From the IMG/VR virus record IMGVR_UViG_3300049489_000477, positions 1 through 64,000 of that record: a DNA stretch of 64,000 nt. One strand, 5' to 3'. Each line of letters opens with the position of its first letter. Position 1 is the stretch's first letter. A model generated the notes under the pieces. It searched no databases and had not been told where the DNA came from. It saw nothing but the letters and a program-made list of their open reading frames with translations. The stretch is from a virus. This document shows positions 55,730 to 64,000 of the stretch, in pieces. Made by a program: the position numbers and the translations under genes.

Positions 55730-57742
55730 TTAGCCTCTGCCGACCAACTCTTGGAAATTGACTCCAGTAGCTACAGCGGTGAATATGAGCTTGATGAACT
55801 CTATTACACGAACTGGCTTTACTAATATTTCAGCGACGAATTCGTTACGGTCGATGACTTCTGGTGTGTTGTTTCTTTCGTCAGCAACAACCAAGTAGTC
55901 ATAGACGCCGCGCTTGGCTTTGATTTCAGCAAGGAAGTTGTTGACACTGTTGCTGAAGCGTGAGCGTGTAACTTCATCATTCAACTCGAATATGTAGTAG
56001 CGAGCAAGTCTCTCGATTGAACGCTCCAAGTAGAGGAACAAACGACGGACATTGACGCGATCAAATGCCGATGGCTTGGCTTGAAGTGTCTTTTGACCCC
56101 AGATAACGATACCTTGACCAAGGAACTTCACAATAGGATTGATACGGTTCTGGTAAAGGATATCGCGTTGTGCCTGTGTAGGATTGACGATGGTATCAAT
56201 GACATTATCAATGATGCCACGGTTCAAGCCGGCAGGTGCCCACCACTGTGCGTATGCGAAGTCGGTACGGGCATATGTTGCGCCGACGAAGCCGGTTGCT
56301 GGGATCCAGCGTTCCTTCTCGCCATAGTTATCAAATATCTTGAAGTAGTTTCCGTAGATAGCGGAATAGCTACTGTTGATATTCAAGTCACCAGCAACAT
56401 AGTTAGCCATCTTGGTGTAAACTTGATCAACGACCTTCTTGGTTGTTGGGTTTACCATGATGGTTTCTGGTACATTCAATATTGCGAAGCAATCCTTACG
56501 GATGTTCTTGGCAAGATTGTCCATTTCTCTCTTGACATTATCCGAGTAATCGGCATCCAAGAGAAGGTCTACTTGCTGAGATTCCTTGTTTCCAAAGAAC
56601 TTCTGCCATGCACCGAAGATTTCACCTTCGAGTTGACCAAGACCAGGATCTGCGTCAAGAACACCATCGTGTGATGCATCCGAGTAACCAGCCAATCCGT
56701 CTGCTCCCATAAGTGGGGTACGACCAATAGACCATGTTACTTCGATAGCATCTGAGGATTCTTCACTTGTACCGGTAAATACATTAAGGTACTTGTTGTT
56801 TCCGTTGATAACGGATGGACCAAACATGTTGTTACCGTATCCGTCTCTCTGTTCTGGATTGGTCGAAACCATATATACATCGTCTAATGTATCATTTTCG
56901 TTGAACACATAGAAGAGGTATGTATCGTAGAAGTATACTGGATTGCCTGACATGTCGTATGATACGACTGTTGGTTCTGGACCATATTCTGGTGAGGTAT
57001 AGTTGCCCAACATGACTGAATCGACAGCCCAGCCAGCCGATGTGTTGCTTGTATCAACTTGACCGCCGCCAGTGCGTGGTTGTGCGACAATGACATCATC
57101 ACGGAGAGATGGAGCGCGGCTCAAAAGAGCATCGCCCGATGTTCCCGACCAATACATAGCAATAATTGCTTGACGATCTGAATCAAGAACGGCTTGTGCC
57201 AAGTCGCGCTTGAGGTTTTGAAGTGTCTTGTATTCGAAATTCGAAACAACGGAGAATGAAATGTTTTCGTAGAATGGACCAGCGCCAACTGCGTACACAT
57301 GGAACAACTTTTCAGCACCAGATACGTCAAGAGGTCCACCAGTTGTTGTAGCGGTTCCGACAGAATCATACACAAGAGGATATTGCTCAACCTTCATTGG
57401 TTCTGGTTGTGCAGTCAAATCACCCTGTGGTTGGGTTGATGTTGGTGGTGTGAAACCAACGACTACACCAGCCGCATTACGAGTAGAATCTTCAATACGA
57501 ACAACCTTGAGGGCGCTCGAAGCCTCGGAGAACTTCAGCGCAGTCCAAGCGAACTTGTAGTTAACATCATCTGGCTTACCAAAAACTTCTATATAGTTAC
57601 TTGGGCTTGTGATGTCTACAATTTGATTAACTGGACCTTTAGTTGAGTGAACAACTATCGCACCCGTTGACGAGGTGACCGTTTCAATACGGAGTGTTCC
57701 GTCGCGCTCGATTACTTCTACGCCTGGAGAAAGAAGTGTCAT
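55730..57742 (-). CDS. Tail sheath protein, T4 gp18-like
   Basis: MTLLSPGVEVIE, KGPV, FGKP, WWAPAGLNRG, RDILYQNRINP, WGQKTL...AFDRVNVRRLF, FELNDEVTR, NNTPEVIDRNEF, IEFIKLIFTA. Confidence 0.95.
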   Translation of the reverse strand: MTLLSPGVEVIERDGTLRIETVTSSTGAIVVHSTKGPVNQIVDITSPSNYIEVFGKPDDVNYKFAWTALKFSEASSALKVVRIEDSTRNAAGVVVGFTPPTSTQPQGDLTAQPEPMKVEQYPLVYDSVGTATTTGGPLDVSGAEKLFHVYAVGAGPFYENISFSVVSNFEYKTLQNLKRDLAQAVLDSDRQAIIAMYWSGTSGDALLSRAPSLRDDVIVAQPRTGGGQVDTSNTSAGWAVDSVMLGNYTSPEYGPEPTVVSYDMSGNPVYFYDTYLFYVFNENDTLDDVYMVSTNPEQRDGYGNNMFGPSVINGNNKYLNVFTGTSEESSDAIEVTWSIGRTPLMGADGLAGYSDASHDGVLDADPGLGQLEGEIFGAWQKFFGNKESQQVDLLLDADYSDNVKREMDNLAKNIRKDCFAILNVPETIMVNPTTKKVVDQVYTKMANYVAGDLNINSSYSAIYGNYFKIFDNYGEKERWIPATGFVGATYARTDFAYAQWWAPAGLNRGIIDNVIDTIVNPTQAQRDILYQNRINPIVKFLGQGIVIWGQKTLQAKPSAFDRVNVRRLFLYLERSIERLARYYIFELNDEVTRSRFSNSVNNFLAEIKAKRGVYDYLVVADERNNTPEVIDRNEFVAEILVKPVRVIEFIKLIFTAVATGVNFQELVGRG

Positions 57743-57768
57743 AATTTACTCTCCTATTATCTTGATTA

Positions 57769-57776
57769 TATTTATA
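57769..57776 (-). promoter_or_regulatory. T4-type late promoter TATAAATA
   Basis: Octamer upstream of AGGAGAG RBS and the sheath ATG. Confidence 0.8.
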
Positions 57777-57842
57777 TGCCTTATGTGTTTATCTTTTGGA
57801 TTTTTTATATGCATCGATAAACCACCAACATTTAAATATTTA

Positions 57843-59453
57843 TCAGATTCTCCCTAGCTGCTTTTTGAAAATATCCTTGTCTGACAGTGGGCGCACATAT
57901 TTATTGAAGCTCTTAAGAATATCTTCATCTGTTTCGGCGTTTGGATTGTTTTCTTTAGTTTGTGCCGCCTTGCCAGCATAATACATGAAATCGTCTTGAT
58001 AGTAGCGGGATCGTAAGGCATATGATACCCAATATGCCGATGAAATCGTATCGTCGTGTAGATTTCGACCCACTCTTGCTTTAAAAACTCCTGGGGTTAC
58101 TTCTTCAAAATAGGTGAGTTCTGTGTACATATCACGCGACCGGATGCGTATCTTTCCACATTCCACATCATCTTTAAAAAAGTTTAAAGCCATAGGCTTG
58201 GTTTTTACATTGGCATTTATGCCATGTTCTGCTCGTTCATAGTCAAAAAAGACATTTTCATACTCTTTATCGTGATAAAGAACCTTACACACGACTTCAC
58301 CAGTTGTGTTGTTTTCCACAATGACCATTGGGTTATTGAACATAGGGGTTAACTTGAAAAGAACATCAATAAAATCAAATAACACAATATCATTTTTCCT
58401 GAATATGCCAACTTGCTCAAAACACTGAGTTGTATTGAACTCGGTAACATCAAAAATGTTTATTACAGAGAAGTCTGTGTTGTTTCCAGCACCTTTAGAT
58501 ACATCGACACCAAATGCATACAATCTTCCCTTCTGTGGTTGCTTCCACATATGAAGACCTTCTTCGGTGATATATGCTGCGTCACTTACTTGTTCAGCGA
58601 GACGCAAAAGAGCCTCACCAGAAATAAGTGTATTTGTTGATCCAGTGAAACTACATTCATGTTCTTGATTAAAACGAACCTTACCAAGTATTGCCAATGT
58701 TGTATCGTGCCACGCTTGATCACGATCAGGATGTCTATCCCACTTGACCTTTTTAGAGACGAATGGGTTGGTTATACCATTGATGACTTTTCCAGCGCCA
58801 GTGAATATTTCATAGAACTTACCAGTTGATCCGTTTGGTGTAGATACCATGATCATACGACCACCTGTGCTGATGGTCGGGAATACGGATGTGAAGAAGT
58901 TTTCTGCTATTTCTTGTGGCACATGCGCGAACTCATCGAGAGCGAGAAGAGATAACGATTCACCACGGAACGAATCTTCAGCGGTTGTTCCGCCCATGAT
59001 GGTCGATCCGTTATCAAAACCTATTACTGTCTGGTCCCACTTTTCTGCGCCTGGCTTCAAGAAATCCGGCATTTCAAGATATGCCGTCTTAATATCTTTC
59101 ATAAGACTCTTTGCCGACGCTTCTTTGTTCGACAAAATACCAACGGTCTTATCGACATCAAACATGGCAAGCCACAACATATAAATGGACAGACATGTTG
59201 ACTTACCAAGCTGACGCCCGAAATTTAGAACGATGAATCTGTGTTCAACGAATGCAAGTAATGTCTCAATTTGGTAATCGAATAATTTGATGATGTGCTT
59301 GCCGCGTTTTTCTTCGATAACCGTAAAATACTTTTCGGCAAAGTAAATAATATCTTTGGAGCATTTCTTTATTTCGTTGATCTGCTCTGTCGTAAACTCT
59401 GTATCAGAATTTGGACGCTTAAGACCTTTTACTTTATCATAACTTACGGGCAT
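57843..59453 (-). CDS. Terminase large subunit, T4 gp17-like
   Basis: KCSKDIIYFAEKY, Walker A GRQLGKST, Walker B LALDEFAH, VSTPNG, FNQEHECSFTGS, nuclease GVDVSKG and HDD. Confidence 0.95.
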   Translation of the reverse strand: MPVSYDKVKGLKRPNSDTEFTTEQINEIKKCSKDIIYFAEKYFTVIEEKRGKHIIKLFDYQIETLLAFVEHRFIVLNFGRQLGKSTCLSIYMLWLAMFDVDKTVGILSNKEASAKSLMKDIKTAYLEMPDFLKPGAEKWDQTVIGFDNGSTIMGGTTAEDSFRGESLSLLALDEFAHVPQEIAENFFTSVFPTISTGGRMIMVSTPNGSTGKFYEIFTGAGKVINGITNPFVSKKVKWDRHPDRDQAWHDTTLAILGKVRFNQEHECSFTGSTNTLISGEALLRLAEQVSDAAYITEEGLHMWKQPQKGRLYAFGVDVSKGAGNNTDFSVINIFDVTEFNTTQCFEQVGIFRKNDIVLFDFIDVLFKLTPMFNNPMVIVENNTTGEVVCKVLYHDKEYENVFFDYERAEHGINANVKTKPMALNFFKDDVECGKIRIRSRDMYTELTYFEEVTPGVFKARVGRNLHDDTISSAYWVSYALRSRYYQDDFMYYAGKAAQTKENNPNAETDEDILKSFNKYVRPLSDKDIFKKQLGRI

Positions 59454-60031
59454 TAAGTATCCTTCTTCTCAACAACCTCTGCTGTTGCTTCGACAATCTT
59501 CTCTTCCTTTTCGGCTTGCTTCAATGCTCGAATAAGGTCGCCTGTCGATCCAACATGAACGATGTTATTAACTGTCTTACCTTGCTCACCACCAAATATA
59601 CTTGCTTTATTGACGATGGACTCTGCCTTCATTCTATTAATGCCGACCTTTTCGCGCTCAATGCGTAATTTCTCTTCGTCTAATTCGACATTTTTTAGAC
59701 CGTCCAAGGCTTGTGTTACGGAATTGGCGGCGGCTGCCAATGCTTCTACATTTTTATAGTCGCCGGTCATACCAGCTTCTTCTTGCATGATACGAACAGC
59801 CATCATACTTGTTTCGGCAACTTCACGATATAGATCCTTGATGAAATCCTTGTCTTGTTCGTATGTTGCACGCTTCTTTTCAAACTGATCCTTAATGGCT
59901 TTGAGTTTCTTCTGCCGTTCCTCATACATTCTTTTCTTCTCATTGTCGGTAGACTCGACATTTAACTTGTTAATATCATCAGCGATACCAAGTGCCTTTT
60001 CTATACTCTTTGTTGATGGTGCCTTTGCCAT
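59453..60031 (-). CDS. Terminase small subunit, gp16-like
   Basis: Helical protein with TVNNIVHVGSTGDL motif; coupled to the large subunit. Confidence 0.75.
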   Translation of the reverse strand: MAKAPSTKSIEKALGIADDINKLNVESTDNEKKRMYEERQKKLKAIKDQFEKKRATYEQDKDFIKDLYREVAETSMMAVRIMQEEAGMTGDYKNVEALAAAANSVTQALDGLKNVELDEEKLRIEREKVGINRMKAESIVNKASIFGGEQGKTVNNIVHVGSTGDLIRALKQAEKEEKIVEATAEVVEKKDT

Positions 60032-60046
60032 AAAATCCCCTATATA

Positions 60047-61243
60047 TTATACATCATCTGGATTGCTATTATACTTCTGATATGCGTACCAAACAACCGA
60101 GTATGAAGTATCTGGCGGAATAGCTGATAATCTTACTTGGAATTGACCAGGCTGGATATTCTCGAAATTCGTGATTGTAAACGGCGCTGTTCCCTGTTTT
60201 GTATTGATAATAGCTTGTGGAATATATTCTGGAGCGTTCTGGAGCGTTGTGCTTGTAATTGTGATGATATCTGTGGTTCCGTCCAACTTTACCTCACCAT
60301 ACGCAAGTGGCGGTGGTGGTGTTGATGTTGGTGGCATAATGTCTTGTTTCGAAACTTGGCAATTCCAGAAAGGTTCGTATTGATTTGCTATCTGTGAATG
60401 CTCTGGATCAGAGAACTTCTTAATGTAATTGACAATATCTGCATCATAATCATAGAAACAGTATCCAGATGTGGCAGATGTTTGGGCACTATCGCTATCG
60501 ACTGTTTGTGAAACGGTTTGCTCACCCAAATCAACGCCAGGTGTGCGAGGTTCAGTAACTGCCGAGTATCTGACTGTGACTTTCTTAATCGGATCAGCCA
60601 CTGGTTCTTCTGGCTTGTAGAGGTTACATTCGACATCAAAATTGAAAGAATATGTCAAGAACTTCGAGCGGAATTCTTTTTCTGGTATGTCGGGATTGAA
60701 TTGAGCAGATTCGGCTGTTTTTACAACTCTTATCTTTCTTCCTATGCCAATTCCCTTTTCATACATTTCAAGATATATTTCTGGATGTATAAATGAATCG
60801 ATATTCTCAATGATTTGAACCAAGTGGTCCATATACTTAGCCCATACGATGACATCGAATGACAACTTATATGGTATGGTCTGCATATCCAAATGCTGCT
60901 TCTCAAGCGGCTTTGAAGTTCCCGGCTGTTGAAGATATTCCACATATATCTTTCTCTTCTCACGAATACCTCTCATGCGTTCCTTGTCCAAACCCATCGA
61001 CTTCCATTGAATTGAAATCAACGGAAGCACATTTTCGTTGTCACGCATCAAATATGGATTGGAGGTATTGTTATTCATGAGCATCTGAATAACTTTTTCT
61101 TTGTAAGTCAGCTTGACAGGAACTGGTACCCGTCCAGTGGCTTTACCATTCTCATCAAAATCGAAGACTTCCATTTCATCAAAAATGGACGCGAATAGAA
61201 GAACATGTGTGTGAAGGACATGGTTATAAAACCAATTACGCAT
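60047..61243 (-). CDS. Tail sheath stabiliser/terminator, T4 gp15-like, with C-terminal extension
   Basis: WFYN...LFASIFD, VPVKLTYKEK, LPLIS, IPYKLSF, QIIENI; extension ends in the shared ~70-aa module. Confidence 0.8.
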   Translation of the reverse strand: MRNWFYNHVLHTHVLLFASIFDEMEVFDFDENGKATGRVPVPVKLTYKEKVIQMLMNNNTSNPYLMRDNENVLPLISIQWKSMGLDKERMRGIREKRKIYVEYLQQPGTSKPLEKQHLDMQTIPYKLSFDVIVWAKYMDHLVQIIENIDSFIHPEIYLEMYEKGIGIGRKIRVVKTAESAQFNPDIPEKEFRSKFLTYSFNFDVECNLYKPEEPVADPIKKVTVRYSAVTEPRTPGVDLGEQTVSQTVDSDSAQTSATSGYCFYDYDADIVNYIKKFSDPEHSQIANQYEPFWNCQVSKQDIMPPTSTPPPPLAYGEVKLDGTTDIITITSTTLQNAPEYIPQAIINTKQGTAPFTITNFENIQPGQFQVRLSAIPPDTSYSVVWYAYQKYNSNPDDV

Positions 61244-62606
61244 GTGTTAGCTCTTTATAAAGATATTTAATAAACTTCGTTCTGTTCTCTGGTGTGAGGT
61301 CATTCATAAACTCATCAATCTCTTTCATTCCCAACGCTTTTCCTTTTCTTATTCTATCAAGAATTTTCATTTTATTTTCATCTGTTAAGTGATTTATCTG
61401 ATCAATGTATTCTCTGGCGAATGCTGGGAATTCGATATCTGAATTGATGGTGTCGGTATATGATCCTGGTTTAACTTGTTTTTTCATGTTCGTAACGCCT
61501 GGATCCATCATATGGGTCACTTCATGAACCAAGCCGCTGATCAGTCCATTTTTAAGGTCTTTTTTATAATCATTATAGAAGTTCGTAGCATTGACCAAAA
61601 TGCGCGAATTAGGAACATCGATTCTAAAGTAGCTACCACCTTCTGAGGATGACATAACATTTTTTTGCATCTCAACGGTCAAATCCAGTTGCTCTTGGTT
61701 GTATGGATTGGTGAGAATCAAACCATCTTCAATATATGTGTTGTAGCCTTTAGTAAGCGTTTCTTTTAATTTGTTAACGAATTCGTCGTAGTGTGTTTCC
61801 ACCCAACTGCGTATGTCATCAACTGGAACTTGTACAACGCCCTCATAGAAAATAGCATTAAGAGACTTTGTAAGAGATTCTCTTAGATTATCTGTTGCGA
61901 TTGGCTTGGGTGATACGACAAACAATATGTCTGGGTTGCCCATCATCTCTCTGGTGAATTCTGGTATCTCTTTATATTTTCTATTTTCTGGGCTGTATAG
62001 ATACTTGTGTGGGAAGTATCGTCCCAACTTTGCCCACACATCAAACGAACCCTTACCAGTTTCACCGGTCAAGTAGTTGTCAGAGTATAGTGCCCCAAAA
62101 TAATTCTCTATCATGTAGATGTAGAGATTTATGGCAATTCCTCTTCCTTGATATTCGGTGACGATACCTACGCTTTCTGTTTTCCAGCCATATGCGTTTT
62201 TATACCAGCAAAATTCACCAATGGCATCTTGGGCTTTATTGAAAACATCGACTAATATGGTTTTTCCGCCGCTTCTTTCCCATACAATACATGTAAACCT
62301 CTCACTACTTGCTATTAATTCAAATTTTCCCTTTTTCGTAAAAGATTGGTCCATTCTTTTGCTGATTATGCTACTGACATCACCAAATATTTCTTTCGAT
62401 ATATTTTTATTGGCATCGTTCCATGCGGGCATTTCAGATAAAGGCTTTTCTTTCGGTATGTTTGTATCTTCTTTACCATCCCAATTCGCGTATATAGCAG
62501 CTTGTTGTGCGCGAGCTTTCTCTTTACTCATGGGATGCTTACTCTTGTCCCCACTAGGACTAGATACTTTATAGCCACCGTCAACTTTGTGTACTTTAAA
62601 AGGCAT
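61236..62606 (-). CDS. Multidomain protein (short N-terminal domain, GNAT-like acetyltransferase domain, HEXXH domain) between gp14 and gp15
   Basis: EYQGRGIAINLY (GNAT motif A-like), LVHEVTHMMD, and E..AF downstream. Confidence 0.6.
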   Translation of the reverse strand: MPFKVHKVDGGYKVSSPSGDKSKHPMSKEKARAQQAAIYANWDGKEDTNIPKEKPLSEMPAWNDANKNISKEIFGDVSSIISKRMDQSFTKKGKFELIASSERFTCIVWERSGGKTILVDVFNKAQDAIGEFCWYKNAYGWKTESVGIVTEYQGRGIAINLYIYMIENYFGALYSDNYLTGETGKGSFDVWAKLGRYFPHKYLYSPENRKYKEIPEFTREMMGNPDILFVVSPKPIATDNLRESLTKSLNAIFYEGVVQVPVDDIRSWVETHYDEFVNKLKETLTKGYNTYIEDGLILTNPYNQEQLDLTVEMQKNVMSSSEGGSYFRIDVPNSRILVNATNFYNDYKKDLKNGLISGLVHEVTHMMDPGVTNMKKQVKPGSYTDTINSDIEFPAFAREYIDQINHLTDENKMKILDRIRKGKALGMKEIDEFMNDLTPENRTKFIKYLYKELTHA

Positions 62607-63355
62607 TACCAGCCTCCCCAGCGTCTGGAGATTTCATCGCTCTTTGGTGGAGCAATACCGTCGCCTTGACCAGTACCATCGACTTCTTTCTTCACTTCTT
62701 CATTATCAATCATGGTATTTGGTGAAGCTTTTGGTTGCTGAACATCGTATTTCGCAGCAACACGACCAGATCCGTCATTAACCAAAGCATCGGCTGGAGC
62801 GTCTGGGCGTAGATTGCCTTGGCTATCGACCACACCAAATCTTTCACCATATCCAGCACTATGAATTGTAACGGCTCTTTCACGGGCATTAAGAACGAAC
62901 AAGCTTTTGAATCCAAATATATTTCCTTCGCGTCCAAGAGCAGCATGAACGGCATGCGATACTTCGTACACGAATGTTGAATTGAATGGTAAATAAAATT
63001 GATCACCAGCTATAGGTTCGCGTCCGACTGCTGCTAAAAATGTCGGTAAGTGCAAAAAGACTCTGAATTCAATATTGTTAAGCTCACCGAATCCCGTGTA
63101 TAAAAGATTCTCGTCAAATCCTTCGGTATCAATCTTACCTTTTATAACATGCTTTCTCATGTATCTTTTGGTTGTATCCTCACCAAATGCGATATCTTTA
63201 CGAATATTGACTTCCACGGGGTAGTAATCCATAGGGATTCCATACACATTGATCATTTCGGCTTGCATACTATCTAAAGTCGAAATTTCATTACCCTGGT
63301 TTTGTGGACCAGTACCTTGTGGGAAATATTTTGTGTATGAAAGTGGATCTTGCAT
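62606..63355 (-). CDS. Neck protein, T4 gp14-like
   Basis: EMINVYG..MDYYP...D.AFGED, FGELN, REPIAGDQFYLP, YEVSH; upstream of gp15. Confidence 0.8.
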   Translation of the reverse strand: MQDPLSYTKYFPQGTGPQNQGNEISTLDSMQAEMINVYGIPMDYYPVEVNIRKDIAFGEDTTKRYMRKHVIKGKIDTEGFDENLLYTGFGELNNIEFRVFLHLPTFLAAVGREPIAGDQFYLPFNSTFVYEVSHAVHAALGREGNIFGFKSLFVLNARERAVTIHSAGYGERFGVVDSQGNLRPDAPADALVNDGSGRVAAKYDVQQPKASPNTMIDNEEVKKEVDGTGQGDGIAPPKSDEISRRWGGW

Positions 63356-63358
63356 AAA

Positions 63359-64000
63359 TTAATGGATAAGTAAGAGAGTTCCTAACACATCTGTTCTGGC
63401 AGCAGCATCGTCGCCGTCACCTGGCTTAACAATAACATTATATTTCTTGGTATTATCAACGGGAAGCTTTACAAGTTCATCATAAGTTACGACGGAACCT
63501 GGATCTAAATCATACTTGAAAGTGACTCTCTTCTTTATCTCTTCCTTGTCTTGAGGTGAAAGTGGTTGACCTTTCACAAGATTCAAATCTCTGAACAATT
63601 CATCTGGTACAACTTTTGAGTGCTTTGCCGTGGTAAAATCAACATTTCTATCTTGTGTTCCACCCTTCGAGAAATTGAATATGAAATTATCTGGCTTAAC
63701 ATCATTGTATTTGTTGACTAAATCGACTTGCTTTGTGTAAGCATAGTGGCGAGTTTCTGGTGTCTGTTTTGCAACATCGAACGCAAGCATGAGATAGGTC
63801 TTTGAGAAGAAATCTCCTGCATCATGCCAACGCAATACAACTTTCTTGCCTCTCTTTGCGTTTGCTGCTACTGCCGCCTTCAATTCACTCAAAACTTTTT
63901 GCTTAAATCCTTCATAGTCATTCATCAAAAAGTTTATTGTCCGAGTTGCCGACAACCATGGTCCTTCGTATTGAACATAACCACCCGATGTGGCATAACA
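63359..64000 (-). CDS. GP88-family protein, 5'-truncated by the window edge
   Basis: Frame is open to base 64000 (CYATSGGYVQY...); VLRWHDAGDFFS...YAYTK...NFIFNFS matches the GP88-type pattern. Confidence 0.7.
   Translation of the reverse strand, partial: CYATSGGYVQYEGPWLSATRTINFLMNDYEGFKQKVLSELKAAVAANAKRGKKVVLRWHDAGDFFSKTYLMLAFDVAKQTPETRHYAYTKQVDLVNKYNDVKPDNFIFNFSKGGTQDRNVDFTTAKHSKVVPDELFRDLNLVKGQPLSPQDKEEIKKRVTFKYDLDPGSVVTYDELVKLPVDNTKKYNVIVKPGDGDDAAARTDVLGTLLLIH

Noticed and set aside
55730-59453. Intron, intein or homing endonuclease in the terminase or sheath gene
   Set aside because: Both are continuous ORFs of ordinary length with no intein or endonuclease motifs visible.
1-64000. Stop-codon reassignment, as in some large phages
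   Set aside because: Conserved genes (terminase, sheath, guaC, glf) are full length in the standard code, and TAA, TAG and TGA all end genes at sensible positions.
1-64000. tRNA, rRNA or other structured ncRNA genes
   Set aside because: Intergenic gaps are short and explained by promoters and terminators; no cloverleaf or T-loop signature was noticed by eye, though a covariance-model scan was not possible.

Overview
This window is a gene-dense segment of a large T4-like (myovirus, probably jumbo) bacteriophage genome read in the standard code. The right part (46.2-64 kb, minus strand) is a recognisable morphogenesis block: gp14 neck, an inserted GNAT+HEXXH gene, gp15, small and large terminase, gp18 sheath, two gp19-fold tube genes, gp26/gp51-like, a tape-measure-like gene, then gp48-, gp53-, gp27- and gp3-like genes. 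The regions 1-13.6 kb (+), 24-30.7 kb (+) and 31-38.5 kb (-) encode many fibre/adhesin-type proteins built from shared modules, including a 1786-aa beta-propeller-repeat protein. Interleaved are host-like genes (clpS, a purine phosphoribosyltransferase, guaC) and a glycan cluster (RmlA-like nucleotidyltransferase, UDP-galactopyranose mutase, two GT-A glycosyltransferases, a Maf/DUF115-type transferase). Two proteins with long poly-Ser tails lie next to a SAM methyltransferase. T4 late-promoter octamers (TATAAATA) precede many structural genes. The most interesting signals are: (i) a candidate phage-encoded Ser/Thr O-glycosylation system for virion proteins; (ii) two -1 frameshift candidates visible in the DNA (gp26-to-gp51 fusion before the tape measure, and a second one before a PAAR-like gene); (iii) a 995-aa PAAR-like spike protein with a large extension; (iv) putative head-packaged proteins with Glu cleavage motifs; (v) a ~70-aa module shared by five genes including gp15. 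All family calls come from motif recognition by eye, and no database search was run.
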